63,266 nucleotides of DNA from a virus (lineage: Duplodnaviria; Caudoviricetes). Positions 9,645-18,788 of this stretch are shown piece after piece. The stretch covers positions 1 through 63,266 of IMG/VR virus record IMGVR_UViG_3300045970_000244, one strand, 5' to 3'. The notes under the pieces are model-generated. The model saw only the letters and a program-made list of their open reading frames with translations, had not been told where the DNA came from and did not search any database. How positions within the stretch are numbered: the first letter of the stretch is position 1; the number at the start of each line of letters is the position of its first letter. Position numbers and translations under genes: made by a program.

Positions 9645-10363
9645 CCTCCCTGCCCCACAGTCTTCCTCAAATATTTCTGACCTTGCTTGAACTGTGTAAC
9701 CGAGCCCGGTTCAGCCTCTTGCTTGCCACCGTTCAACTCCTCGGGCGAGAGGTCAGAGTTGTTGTACTTGCCGATGTTCACGGTCTGCGGTTTGACGATC
9801 TTGAGCTTGACGAGCTGGAGCGTGAAAACCAACGTCTGCCCCGTGGCTGCGTCGCGCGGCACACTGATCGACTTGATGACCATCGAATCGTACCGGTTGA
9901 GCGTCGTGAGAACGTCAAACGGCTTGCGCTCCTCTTGGAGCTTGAGGAGTTGCGCGTAAGCCTGAACAGATGGGCTCTCAGACTTCTTGAGAGCGTTGAA
10001 CAGCGCCATTCCCACGCCGGCCGCGACGATTCCAATCGGAGGGATGAAGTGCGAGGCCACTGCTGTGAGCGCCGAGTTGATGACCGAGATTGGCGTGTCG
10101 GTGATGATGCCCTGAATCTCAAGGGCCTGCTGCTTCAGGATGATGTGGTCGGAAACCGTGCCGCCGTCTTCCAGTTCGAACTCGGTTGGCGGGCTCTCGC
10201 GCGAGTGGGTTTCCTGCGTGGTGCAGTCGATCTCGATGACGGTCTTGTTCTCTCGGATGATCTGGACCTTCTTGCCCTTGCCAGAAATCAGGTTGGTCAG
10301 GGCCGAACCCGCTGCGCTTGCGACCCCAACACCTCCGAGACTGCTCAAGCTGGGTAAGCCCAT
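9641..10363 (-). CDS. Tail tube initiator / Dit-like baseplate protein
   Basis: ID.T..E.H.RES..TEF..EDG..VSDH motif; follows tape measure. Confidence 0.8.
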   Translation of the reverse strand: MGLPSLSSLGGVGVASAAGSALTNLISGKGKKVQIIRENKTVIEIDCTTQETHSRESPPTEFELEDGGTVSDHIILKQQALEIQGIITDTPISVINSALTAVASHFIPPIGIVAAGVGMALFNALKKSESPSVQAYAQLLKLQEERKPFDVLTTLNRYDSMVIKSISVPRDAATGQTLVFTLQLVKLKIVKPQTVNIGKYNNSDLSPEELNGGKQEAEPGSVTQFKQGQKYLRKTVGQGG

Positions 10364-11850
10364 CAGTAAGCTACCGCCGTTCCTGTGCTGCGTCGGGTTT
10401 CGCGCATCATGCGGTCAAGGTGTTCGCGGACACCCTCTTTGACCTTGTTGCCGACTTCTCCCGGGTTTGTGCCGGCCGGTACGTTCACCGTGATCGGAGC
10501 CTCTACGCTATACGATGCACCGGCTTGATTGTTCACTACAGACGAAAGCGCCGTACCAGCGTCGGTCGCTGGGATGCCGAACTTAGACTCAACGGGAGCT
10601 CCGTCGTTCGCCCCGAAGAACCCAGCCACCTTATCGAACGCGCCGGAAAACGTGCCCTTGATAGCGTTCCAAGAGCGCGCGATCAGCTCGATGGTGGTCT
10701 TCACGATGTCGAGCGCCTTGATCCACTCCCAAAACTGCTGGAGCCACGTGGGCTGGCCGTTGAGGATTGCCCAGAGCTCATGAATGACGAGAATCACCGA
10801 GCCGACCACCGCCAAGATGGTGAGGAATGGCAACCCCACGACGACCTGAAGCGCAGCGACGGCCTCCGTGATGAAGGTAAACACCTTGGCCACCGTCGTC
10901 AGGACGGTAATCACGCTGCCGACGACCTTCATGAGCATGGTGATGCCGATGACCAAGCTCACCACTGCCATCACGGTCGACATGATGTTCTTCTCGAACC
11001 CGAACGCCTTGGCGAACCTGACGACTTCTTCGGTGAGGTACTTGAACGCCTCCCAAAGAAAACCAGCGCCAAACGCGACGTCCTCCAGCCACTTCGTGAA
11101 GTTCAACTGCACGATGTCCCGGTTGACGACGAAAAACTTGATCATGTCGTTGATGATGTACTTGAACAGCGGCGCGACCTCGGCACCAATGGTGGCGCCC
11201 AAAGCCTTGAACAGCGTCCAAAGTTTTTTCAGCGTGTCGCCGAAATCCTTGAGTGCCCTCACCTTGTCTTCGCTCAATATCAGGCCAAGTTTTTCGGCCT
11301 CGGTCATCTGGTCTCTGATTGCCTTTGAGCCCTCGGCGATCCACCCGGCCATTCTTTGTGAGCCGCGCCCAAGCAACTGCTGGCTTAAAGCGACGCGCTC
11401 GATGGGGTCTTTGGTGGCCTTCATTCGGTCGGAAAGTGCAAGAAGAACCTGTTGGGAGTTCTTGAACCCGGCGATCTGATCTGGCGAGAACCCGGCCTTG
11501 GCAAAGGCCTCTTGCGCTTGGGCAGACCCTTGGCGCGCCATGTACAGGTTTCGCGTCAGGCGGGTGAGGCCGGTTGAAAGTTCTTCTTGACTTACGGCGC
11601 TCTGGCCTGCTGAAAACGCGAGCTTTTGGAAGGATTCAACTGTGATGCCGGCGCCCAAGGCTGCTACGTGCAACTGCTCACCGAAGTCCGCCATGCGCTC
11701 GGTCATGTGGAACAGGCCCTTTACGACTTCGACTGTGGCGAGAAAATTGAGGCGGTTCTTGATGGCGTCAAGGCGGTTTTCAACCGACTTTAGCTTGTCG
11801 GTTTCGATGTCGAAGCCCCACTTGGTCAGCATTGACCGCATCGTGTCCAT
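10363..11850 (-). CDS. Tape measure protein (short, 495 aa)
   Basis: Helical, Ala/Lys-rich with hydrophobic C-terminal segments; follows tail chaperones. Confidence 0.85.
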   Translation of the reverse strand: MDTMRSMLTKWGFDIETDKLKSVENRLDAIKNRLNFLATVEVVKGLFHMTERMADFGEQLHVAALGAGITVESFQKLAFSAGQSAVSQEELSTGLTRLTRNLYMARQGSAQAQEAFAKAGFSPDQIAGFKNSQQVLLALSDRMKATKDPIERVALSQQLLGRGSQRMAGWIAEGSKAIRDQMTEAEKLGLILSEDKVRALKDFGDTLKKLWTLFKALGATIGAEVAPLFKYIINDMIKFFVVNRDIVQLNFTKWLEDVAFGAGFLWEAFKYLTEEVVRFAKAFGFEKNIMSTVMAVVSLVIGITMLMKVVGSVITVLTTVAKVFTFITEAVAALQVVVGLPFLTILAVVGSVILVIHELWAILNGQPTWLQQFWEWIKALDIVKTTIELIARSWNAIKGTFSGAFDKVAGFFGANDGAPVESKFGIPATDAGTALSSVVNNQAGASYSVEAPITVNVPAGTNPGEVGNKVKEGVREHLDRMMRETRRSTGTAVAY

Positions 11851-12076
11851 TACTTAGGGTGCTCCATTAGCCATTGTTCCATCTCCGCTTTGATGTCCAA
11901 GGCCTCGTGTGAGTCCATTAGGTCGTCGATCGACCACACAAACTGCACGTTGTGAAGTGTGTCCAGCCCAGCAAGAACCGGCCGCCAGATTGTCCAGTCG
12001 ACGTTGTTTACGCCGGCTTGGTATCCGCTGCTCTGGGTTGCAGTCCTCGGAGGCCGAGTACGGCGCCGAAAAAATT
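11850..12076 (-). CDS. Tail assembly chaperone GT extension (via -1 frameshift)
   Basis: WTIWRPVLAG...WSIDDLMDSHEALD lies in the -1 frame of 12008..12451 after slippery AAATTTTTTC. Confidence 0.7.
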
Positions 12077-12451
12077 TCCATACTGCACCTCCAGCTGGGC
12101 AGCGAGAACCTTGAAGAGATGGTCCAGACGACCTTCGTAGTGTGTATTGAACAGCACCTTCTTGCCGTCGCACAGGAGGTTGTCCCGGGCGGTCAGTTCC
12201 TCGATGATGTCAAGAACTTCGTTCTCATCAAATTGGTTGGTCAAGGCTTCAACGGCCATCGCTAGAACATTGGTGTCAACTTGCCGATCAAGCAGGTTGC
12301 CTTCGCCCTTGGCCGCCGACACCGCGAGCGCAAGCGGTTTGCCGACGATCTTCGAAAGGCGAAGCAGCATCCTGAGTGCGGGCTTGGCGCCGAACTTCTG
12401 AAATTCGTACTCATGCCCGTCGATTGTTTTTTTGATCAGCTCCATCGACAT
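12008..12451 (-). CDS. Tail assembly chaperone G
   Basis: Between tube and tape measure; K.IDGHEY...LEVQYGNFF C-terminus. Confidence 0.8.
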   Translation of the reverse strand: MSMELIKKTIDGHEYEFQKFGAKPALRMLLRLSKIVGKPLALAVSAAKGEGNLLDRQVDTNVLAMAVEALTNQFDENEVLDIIEELTARDNLLCDGKKVLFNTHYEGRLDHLFKVLAAQLEVQYGNFFGAVLGLRGLQPRAADTKPA

Positions 12452-12454
12452 TTA

Positions 12455-12883
12455 TTAATTTCCCCCGATGAACACGTCGAGTTCGTTGGTCTCAAGAACC
12501 CAAGTACGGGTGCCAACCTCTTTTGCGAACGGTGCCGGAGCAAACTTCTGAATCCAAGCCGTCGCCGCGCCGAACGCCGTGCGCCCCGAGCCGTCTCTAC
12601 CTAAAACGGGTACGACGCCCTTGTTGCTCGATTCGTCGAGCTGGGCATAGGCCGAGAGGTCGTCGTTGCTGCGCGAACTCTGCATCAGCACGATGGTGAC
12701 CTTGCCCGACTTGTTGTTGGACTTGGCCCGGGTGCCTTCACCGTCCACGCCGACCTTCAGATTGTAGGCCTGCTCATTGCGCTCCACCGTGATGTACTCG
12801 CCATCGGCAAAGCCGGTGATGATCTTACCGCCCACGATGAGCGAGAACTGCTTGGGGTCATAAGTTGTTACCAAGTTCGACAT
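12455..12883 (-). CDS. Tail tube protein (DUF3277-like)
   Basis: TYDPKQ...ITGFADG...VGVDGEG...SGKVTI.LMQSS.SN..L motifs. Confidence 0.9.
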   Translation of the reverse strand: MSNLVTTYDPKQFSLIVGGKIITGFADGEYITVERNEQAYNLKVGVDGEGTRAKSNNKSGKVTIVLMQSSRSNDDLSAYAQLDESSNKGVVPVLGRDGSGRTAFGAATAWIQKFAPAPFAKEVGTRTWVLETNELDVFIGGN

Positions 12884-12895
12884 GTGCGCTCTCCC

Positions 12896-13933
12896 TTACA
12901 CCGTCACGGTGCCTTGAATTTGTACGAAGTGCAACGCGCCGGCAAGCCGACACGACCACTTGCAATCGCCGAGGATTCGATTCGCCCGGTTGGCTTGGGG
13001 CTGGTCGAGCACCTTCGGCATGGTGATAACAATCGACGACTTGTCGATCAATCCGTTGCTCACGCCCTGATTCAGCGTCTCGCGGATGCGGTTCTCGATG
13101 AGGGCCACACCTTGATCCGTGTAGGGCACTTTGTCCACGCTCACCAACTGGCTGAACACGTTGTTCTGCATGGTGCTCTCAAGCCAGTCGATGCCGATGA
13201 CGACGTCGATGAACTTGCCCGAGGCCATGGTGCCTTCTTCGGTGATGGGCACGCCGCCAACGGTTTCGTAGATGTTGGCGTTCTTACCGGGATTCCCGGG
13301 AGTGCCGATGACGTAGTTACGAGCCGAGGCCGTCAGCGTGTCGGGCGTGATGCCCACGAGGGTCTTGAACTTCCAAGTGGACGAGCCCGGGATCTTCGGC
13401 AGTTCGCCTCCAACCCAAGCGGCGTCTGGTCCCTGAGCGGCGGTGGCCGAGTAGATCAGCGCCGTGCGGCCGTAACTTGAAGCCTTGAGGTCGCTGGCGA
13501 CGTCGTCCGTGGCCGAGGTGATGACTGCTGCGTCGGCCGAAGCCGCGATGAAAATCTTTTTCTGCGTCTCAACCCAAGCGGCGCACTCTTCGATGTCGGC
13601 CTTCACCTTTGAGCACAGCACGAGGCCGTACCAGATGTTCGATGCCGCGAGGATCGCGTTGAGGCCAGCGGTGAGTGCTAGGGCCGTGTACTTGCCGATG
13701 CCCACCTGAGTAGGGCGCAGCGCCTGACTGAATGCCTTGCTGGCGTGAATGTACTCAGGATCGGTTACGAGGAACCCGTCGCTCAACATGCCGGCCACGT
13801 CGGTGTAGTACCGGACGACTTCGGCAAAGCGGTTTGCGGTTCCAACGATCAGAGGGATACCGAACCCCTGCTGCGGCACAGCCTGCGTCTGCTGGCTGAT
13901 CTGTATACTGACGATTTGGTCTAAGGCGCTCAT
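12896..13933 (-). CDS. Tail sheath protein (DUF3383-like, compact 345 aa)
   Basis: GFGIPLI, PGSSTWKFKTL.G, G.FID...GIDWL, KVPYTDQG, LAGALH.V.I.G.V motifs. Confidence 0.9.
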   Translation of the reverse strand: MSALDQIVSIQISQQTQAVPQQGFGIPLIVGTANRFAEVVRYYTDVAGMLSDGFLVTDPEYIHASKAFSQALRPTQVGIGKYTALALTAGLNAILAASNIWYGLVLCSKVKADIEECAAWVETQKKIFIAASADAAVITSATDDVASDLKASSYGRTALIYSATAAQGPDAAWVGGELPKIPGSSTWKFKTLVGITPDTLTASARNYVIGTPGNPGKNANIYETVGGVPITEEGTMASGKFIDVVIGIDWLESTMQNNVFSQLVSVDKVPYTDQGVALIENRIRETLNQGVSNGLIDKSSIVITMPKVLDQPQANRANRILGDCKWSCRLAGALHFVQIQGTVTV

Positions 13934-13949
13934 GGTTTCCCCCTAAAAT

Positions 13950-14501
13950 TTAAGGCACGGTCGAATCGTTTTCGTCCGTCCCCTTCTCGTGTTCAACCTC
14001 GGAGTGCATCTGAACAGTTTCAATGCTCCCGAGATCTTCGGTTACGTTCGCTGCCACGCCGAATTGGACGTCCAAATTTGATCTGCCTTCATACCCAGTA
14101 TTCAACAATAACGAGATGTCGGCAACACTTCCTATTACCCAGACGGCAATTCCGGCCTTTCGCAACTCGGCTTGTATTGCCCGTTGCTCCAAGGCACTCT
14201 GCCACAGCGCAAGCCAGTTGTAAGATTGTTCCTGATCGACGGCATACGCTTTGAAACTCACCACCATCTTTCGGACGCCGCCGATGTTCACTTTACTTCC
14301 ACCAATGTTTTGCATTGAGTCATCACCGCTTTTGACTGACGGTGAGGTCAGCTTCATGCTCAGGTAGGGCAGCTCCGGGCGCGGGGCATCGGCCTCGGTC
14401 GGCTCCTCAACGATGGCTACGAGCTTGGTCACGGACTGCATCTGGGCGATGAGCGCCTTGCGAATCGCGACGAAGTCGATGGGGAAGCTCACTGGGCTCA
14501 T
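13950..14501 (-). CDS. Tail terminator / neck protein
   Basis: Start re-set to ATG 14501 (ATGA overlap); P.P.LPY motif; immediately upstream of sheath. Confidence 0.7.
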   Translation of the reverse strand: MSPVSFPIDFVAIRKALIAQMQSVTKLVAIVEEPTEADAPRPELPYLSMKLTSPSVKSGDDSMQNIGGSKVNIGGVRKMVVSFKAYAVDQEQSYNWLALWQSALEQRAIQAELRKAGIAVWVIGSVADISLLLNTGYEGRSNLDVQFGVAANVTEDLGSIETVQMHSEVEHEKGTDENDSTVP

Positions 14502-14908
14502 TGCTGTTGCCCCTTGGCGCGCTTGCCGGTGTCTATTCGAGCGATCCGGGCCCGAGTGTACGAGCCCCAATCCTCGACCTTTTGAACTTGGTACTGGATG
14601 CCGGTGCGCTCGATGCGGTCATTAAGCCGCAGGGTGGAGCCTTCTTCGGAAACCTCGGTTTCAAGTCCGTTCTCGTCGTAAATTGTGTCGTCCATGATGA
14701 ACAGCCAGAAGTTCTCCCGCGTGCGCTCACCCTCGGGCACGATCAACAGGTCAAACCCCTGCACAGGTTGCACGTTGGCCTTGAACCAGAAGGTGCTCTC
14801 GTTGTTTTCAACGGGCTTACCAGAAACATATCGCACAACGCCCTCGCGCGCGGCCTTCAGCAGTTCGTCCCCGGTGATGATCTGCGGTCTGCCCTGCATC
14901 TTAATCAT
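14498..14908 (-). CDS. Head closure protein
   Basis: ANVQPV...VPEGER...D.I...G.QYQV..VEDW motif. Confidence 0.75.
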   Translation of the reverse strand: MIKMQGRPQIITGDELLKAAREGVVRYVSGKPVENNESTFWFKANVQPVQGFDLLIVPEGERTRENFWLFIMDDTIYDENGLETEVSEEGSTLRLNDRIERTGIQYQVQKVEDWGSYTRARIARIDTGKRAKGQQQ

Positions 14909-15396
14909 GCGGCTATTACCACCTTGAACGTCACAGAGCGGAGCATCAGGCCGGTGTTGATCAAGCTGACAGGGGCGAGGCCTTCGCGTACCTTGGCGGC
15001 GGCCGTGGCCGGGGCGATCCGTGGCGGAACGTCGCTTTTGATCTTGTTCTGGAGCAAAACTTGAATTCGGAAGCCCATTGCTTCAAGGGCTTTCTCAACG
15101 GTCCAGCCCTTGGTCATGATGTTGTTCATCATCTCGTTGCGCCACTTGTTCAGCAGCTCACCGTTTTCGTCAATGGTGGAACGGAGCCAACTGCGCTCGG
15201 GAGAGTACTTGGTGCCGAACTCGGTCCACAAACCTACCTCAACAACCGTAGGCGGGTTTGCACCCTCGGTGTAGTGGCCGGCGTCTTCGTGCAGGCCGAT
15301 GGTCACGTATGACCGCTTGGCCTTTGCAATGTGCTTGACGAACTCTTTTACCTTGTCGTCGCCGGTTGTCTTGGTTGAGATGCGGGAACGTATCAC
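14905..15396 (-). CDS. Neck / tail completion protein
   Basis: EFGT...PERSWLR and P..APAT...K....LINTG.M..SVT motifs. Confidence 0.8.
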   Translation of the reverse strand: MIRSRISTKTTGDDKVKEFVKHIAKAKRSYVTIGLHEDAGHYTEGANPPTVVEVGLWTEFGTKYSPERSWLRSTIDENGELLNKWRNEMMNNIMTKGWTVEKALEAMGFRIQVLLQNKIKSDVPPRIAPATAAAKVREGLAPVSLINTGLMLRSVTFKVVIAA

Positions 15397-15854
15397 TCGC
15401 CGCCTCCTCCGCCGGTGTCATCTTTTGCGTGCTGGGTCCACGGGGCGATCTGCTCGTTCTCCATCTGGTGTTTGGTGAAGTCGGGCGGAATGCGGTCTTC
15501 GTCCTTGACGGCCATGTTGTGGTCGGTCTGGGAGATGCCGCCAGCGTAAGGCGTCATGTCTTCGGTGGCCATGCGTTGGCGCAGGTCTTCTTTCATCTTG
15601 CGGTAAGCCTCGACCTTTTGGCTCAGGCTCAGGCGAACTTGTCCTACGCTCTCGTCGCACAGGCGCGCGAAGTGAACGGCAATGGCCTCGCAACATCGTA
15701 TGGCCGAACCGTATGGCGAGTTGTTGCACTGCTTGATGAGGAACTTGATCTCTTCGTCCTGAAGGAGAGGGTCGTCGGGGCGGGTGTCGCCACAGAGGAA
15801 GCGGACTTGGTCTTTGAGTGATTTTTCTGGATTGCCGCTGTAAGACCACGCCAC
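15393..15854 (-). CDS. Head-tail adaptor
   Basis: WSYSG.P...KDQVRFL.GDT....PLLQDEEI motif. Confidence 0.8.
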   Translation of the reverse strand: MAWSYSGNPEKSLKDQVRFLCGDTRPDDPLLQDEEIKFLIKQCNNSPYGSAIRCCEAIAVHFARLCDESVGQVRLSLSQKVEAYRKMKEDLRQRMATEDMTPYAGGISQTDHNMAVKDEDRIPPDFTKHQMENEQIAPWTQHAKDDTGGGGGE

Positions 15855-15870
15855 TGAAGGCCTCCTCAGT

Positions 15871-16143
15871 TTACCGGTGCGAGGAGAGGTGAATCTTCAA
15901 CGCTCGCTCGGTTTTAAAATCGCGGCCACACTTGCCGCACTTTGCAACGGGATCGGCTGGTACGGCGACCTTTGTCGCCTGAGCTATCTGCTTATCCGAG
16001 GCGTCGTCGATCCACTTGATCCAGCCGAGGTTCAAGTTGGCGACCAGCGCCGGGTAACTCCAAGAAAGAGCTTCGGGGACGGGCTGACCTACGCCAACCC
16101 GTTCCCCGTTGCTCAGCACTAGTTCACGACAGGCTATGTACAC
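15871..16143 (-). CDS. Head-associated protein with C-terminal C2H2 zinc finger
   Basis: GTG 16143 after AGGAG; ends CGKCGRDFKTERALKIHLSSHR. Confidence 0.75.
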   Translation of the reverse strand: MYIACRELVLSNGERVGVGQPVPEALSWSYPALVANLNLGWIKWIDDASDKQIAQATKVAVPADPVAKCGKCGRDFKTERALKIHLSSHR

Positions 16144-16159
16144 CTTGCCGGTTCTCCTA

Positions 16160-17116
16160 TTAGGACAGGAGGCCCTGCAGGAAGCAGCCGAGGTCGGTAG
16201 CGACGACTTTCTGGTCGAACGCCATCTCGCCCTCAACGCGATCTGCCTTCAGGTGTTCCATGCGGAACGTCATGATGCGGCCGCCCTGCGCGCCAGCTCC
16301 GAAGAGCCCCTGCCACGCGAACGTGTAGCCCGCTGAGGGCTGCATGATCGACGGTGCCGGGTTGGCATAGCAAAGCAGTGCGCAGTTCTTCACGAGGAAG
16401 TCCATGGATGCGGCTGCACCCTCGGCTGCCGAATCCTGAACGGCCTGCATGACGAGGAACTTGTCCACGCCAAACAGAGCTGCCAAGAGGTCCTCGGTGA
16501 TGATACCGCGCTGCGTGTACTTGATACGATCAAGCACGGCCGGGTTGTTCTTGAGCGCCTGAAACACGTCGTACGTGATCGCGAGCGTGTTCGGAGCGAA
16601 CCCCGTCTTGCTCTTGATCTCGGCCTTCTTGTTGTCGACGTCGAGCATCGGGTTTGAGCCCGAAGCACTCCACTTGGTCGAGGGCGTGAAGTCAGCGGCA
16701 CCATTCCAGAGGCCGGCTTTCACGTACTTCGACATGAACAGGATCTCCCTGCGGAGAAGCTGTTGCTGGGTGACAAACAACGTCGCGTCGCGATCCATGT
16801 TGAGTGGGTCGTCGGCGTTCTGACGAGTCTGATCGTCGATGTCCTTGTGCACCGCCCAGATGTCGCAGAAGTAGTTCCCGCCCGCGTCGACGCCGAACCC
16901 GCTGCCTGACGATTCACTGGCAGGGGCGCGTTTCTTCGACTGGGTCTGGAACCAATACTTCTTCTCGTACTGGAAGTACAAATCGGACTGTTTCATTACC
17001 GGCACAATCGGAAACACCTTGTCCGCGACAAAGTCTGCCGCTTTCTGGATGTAGGCGATGCTGATGTTGGTCAGCGGCCGGTTGACGTGGACATCACTTC
17101 TTGTAGGTTGTGGCAT
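16160..17116 (-). CDS. Major capsid protein
   Basis: HVNRPLTNISIAY.Q....FVADKVFP.VPV, RAPASES, PSAGYTF motifs; AGGAGG RBS. Confidence 0.9.
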   Translation of the reverse strand: MPQPTRSDVHVNRPLTNISIAYIQKAADFVADKVFPIVPVMKQSDLYFQYEKKYWFQTQSKKRAPASESSGSGFGVDAGGNYFCDIWAVHKDIDDQTRQNADDPLNMDRDATLFVTQQQLLRREILFMSKYVKAGLWNGAADFTPSTKWSASGSNPMLDVDNKKAEIKSKTGFAPNTLAITYDVFQALKNNPAVLDRIKYTQRGIITEDLLAALFGVDKFLVMQAVQDSAAEGAAASMDFLVKNCALLCYANPAPSIMQPSAGYTFAWQGLFGAGAQGGRIMTFRMEHLKADRVEGEMAFDQKVVATDLGCFLQGLLS

Positions 17117-17128
17117 CTGTCAGCCTCC

Positions 17129-17506
17129 TTATGCTTTCACGCCGTCACGGAGGAGCTTCACGGCAACAACGTCGCCAGAAACGCCCGCTTCGAGTGCGCG
17201 CGCATAGATATACGCGCCGGTTATGGCGACAATGAGCTTACCGTTGGCATCGCCCGAGAGCTGGTCATCGACCGCTACCGTGCCACCCAACAGCGCCTTG
17301 CTGACGCCTGATTCCATGATCTCCGCAGCTTCACCCGAGATGGGCTTGTTCTGCAGAATCCCATGTGCGCTTGCGCCGGCACCTGCCGACACGATCGACG
17401 GAACACCGCTCACCGCTGCCACTGTGACAGCCGTGAACTGCTTCGCCGAAAGGTCTGCACCTGCCGGGAGCACACCAAATTTACGGCCCGGAATTTCGTA
17501 AGCCAT
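17129..17506 (-). CDS. Capsid cement/decoration protein (DUF2190-like)
   Basis: AGADLSAKQF..V...GILQNKP..GEAA...ALEAG.SGD motif; directly before MCP. Confidence 0.8.
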   Translation of the reverse strand: MAYEIPGRKFGVLPAGADLSAKQFTAVTVAAVSGVPSIVSAGAGASAHGILQNKPISGEAAEIMESGVSKALLGGTVAVDDQLSGDANGKLIVAITGAYIYARALEAGVSGDVVAVKLLRDGVKA

Positions 17507-18708
17507 TAGATGCCTCCTTTACGGTTCTTCTGGTGTTCAGCGTACAGTTTGCGGCCTTCGTCAGAAGTGATGAAGTCCGTGTACGCCTGTTCTTTTGAGA
17601 TCGTTCCACCAGACTTCTTGACGATTCCGTCAACGGCGGCGTCGATCTTGCCCGAGATGTCAGCGCCGGCATTGCCAGTCTGATCCGAGCCAGTTTCCTC
17701 GAACAGCTTGCCCTTCTCGGCTTGCTTGTCCAAGGCTTCGAACTGTTTGCACACGCGGTCAAAATCCTCTTTACCGGCTTTGTCGGCCAGTTTCAGGGTC
17801 TTGACGAGCTCTGCTTTGTCCAGAGCGATGTGCTTGAATTCCTCAGCTTTCGCCACGATTTCTTTCTCGCGACCCGAGGCTTTGAGCTCGGTGATCTCTT
17901 TTTCCAGACTTGCGGCCTTGGTTACCGCTTCCATCTGGGTCTTGAAGATCGCTTCGACTTCAGGGCGGAGCTTCTCAGGAACCGCCGCGAGGTCGATGGT
18001 TCCATCAGACTTCATGATGATTCCCATATCTCCCTCCCCTTCTTTCTTTACAGGTTCAGTTGTTTTGCCGTCGGTCTTAGCAATCCGTGCCTCAGCGTCG
18101 GGATAACCCTTGCCTAGTTTCCGAACATGGGACTTGACGGCTTTCATGTAAGCGTCCATGCCTGCGGAATGAGCGGATTCCTTCTCCTCGTCCGACGCTT
18201 CGGGCAGTGAGCCCTCTACGCCAGCCTTGGAACCTTTGTCGACTTCCCCTTCGTCGCCCTCTTCTTCTTCTTCGTCTTCGGTGAGGCCGGCTTTGCCAGC
18301 GCCTTCCGTTCCGGGCTCGTCGTGGGGAGCGCCCTCGCTGATCCCGATGCTCTCAAGCACCTGATCGACGAGTTCGTCGGTAATTTCTTCTTTGAACGGG
18401 GCGAGAATACGCGCCACCGCTTTGAGGGCTGCCTGCGCCTGTGGGCTCAGGGCCGGGGCCGCTGCTGGGTTTGCTGCTGGCGCTCCGGCGGCCGGCGCTG
18501 GTTTCGTGGGGTCTACTGTGGGCATGGGAGCCTCCTTCGCTGTGGCAATGTAAGCCTTGAGAACAGCCTCAACCTTTGCCATTTGCTCGGGTGTGACGGA
18601 TTGAATGGCTTCGAGCGCCGACTTGAAGATGATGAACTTCTTCTTGTTCGCGCCTCGGGGCACCAAACTGACTTCGGCTGGTTCAAGACTGTGTAAACGT
18701 CGTATCAC
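17506..18708 (-). CDS. Scaffold protein with N-terminal EVSLV..GAN protease strand
   Basis: Acidic/coiled-coil body; N-terminus RRLHSLEPAEVSLVPRGANKKKF; many [IVL]xK motifs. Confidence 0.75.
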   Translation of the reverse strand: MIRRLHSLEPAEVSLVPRGANKKKFIIFKSALEAIQSVTPEQMAKVEAVLKAYIATAKEAPMPTVDPTKPAPAAGAPAANPAAAPALSPQAQAALKAVARILAPFKEEITDELVDQVLESIGISEGAPHDEPGTEGAGKAGLTEDEEEEEGDEGEVDKGSKAGVEGSLPEASDEEKESAHSAGMDAYMKAVKSHVRKLGKGYPDAEARIAKTDGKTTEPVKKEGEGDMGIIMKSDGTIDLAAVPEKLRPEVEAIFKTQMEAVTKAASLEKEITELKASGREKEIVAKAEEFKHIALDKAELVKTLKLADKAGKEDFDRVCKQFEALDKQAEKGKLFEETGSDQTGNAGADISGKIDAAVDGIVKKSGGTISKEQAYTDFITSDEGRKLYAEHQKNRKGGI

Positions 18709-18788
18709 TGAAATTGATCTCGCTTATTCCCAAGTTGCACGATTAACAAGAATCGCGCAAGCCGAAACGGTCGAATACTTCCTTTGCT

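Noticed and set aside
10318-11328. 336-aa plus-strand ORF (and similar ones at 7700, 9683, 22568 and 49258)
   Set aside because: Antisense shadows of well-supported genes.
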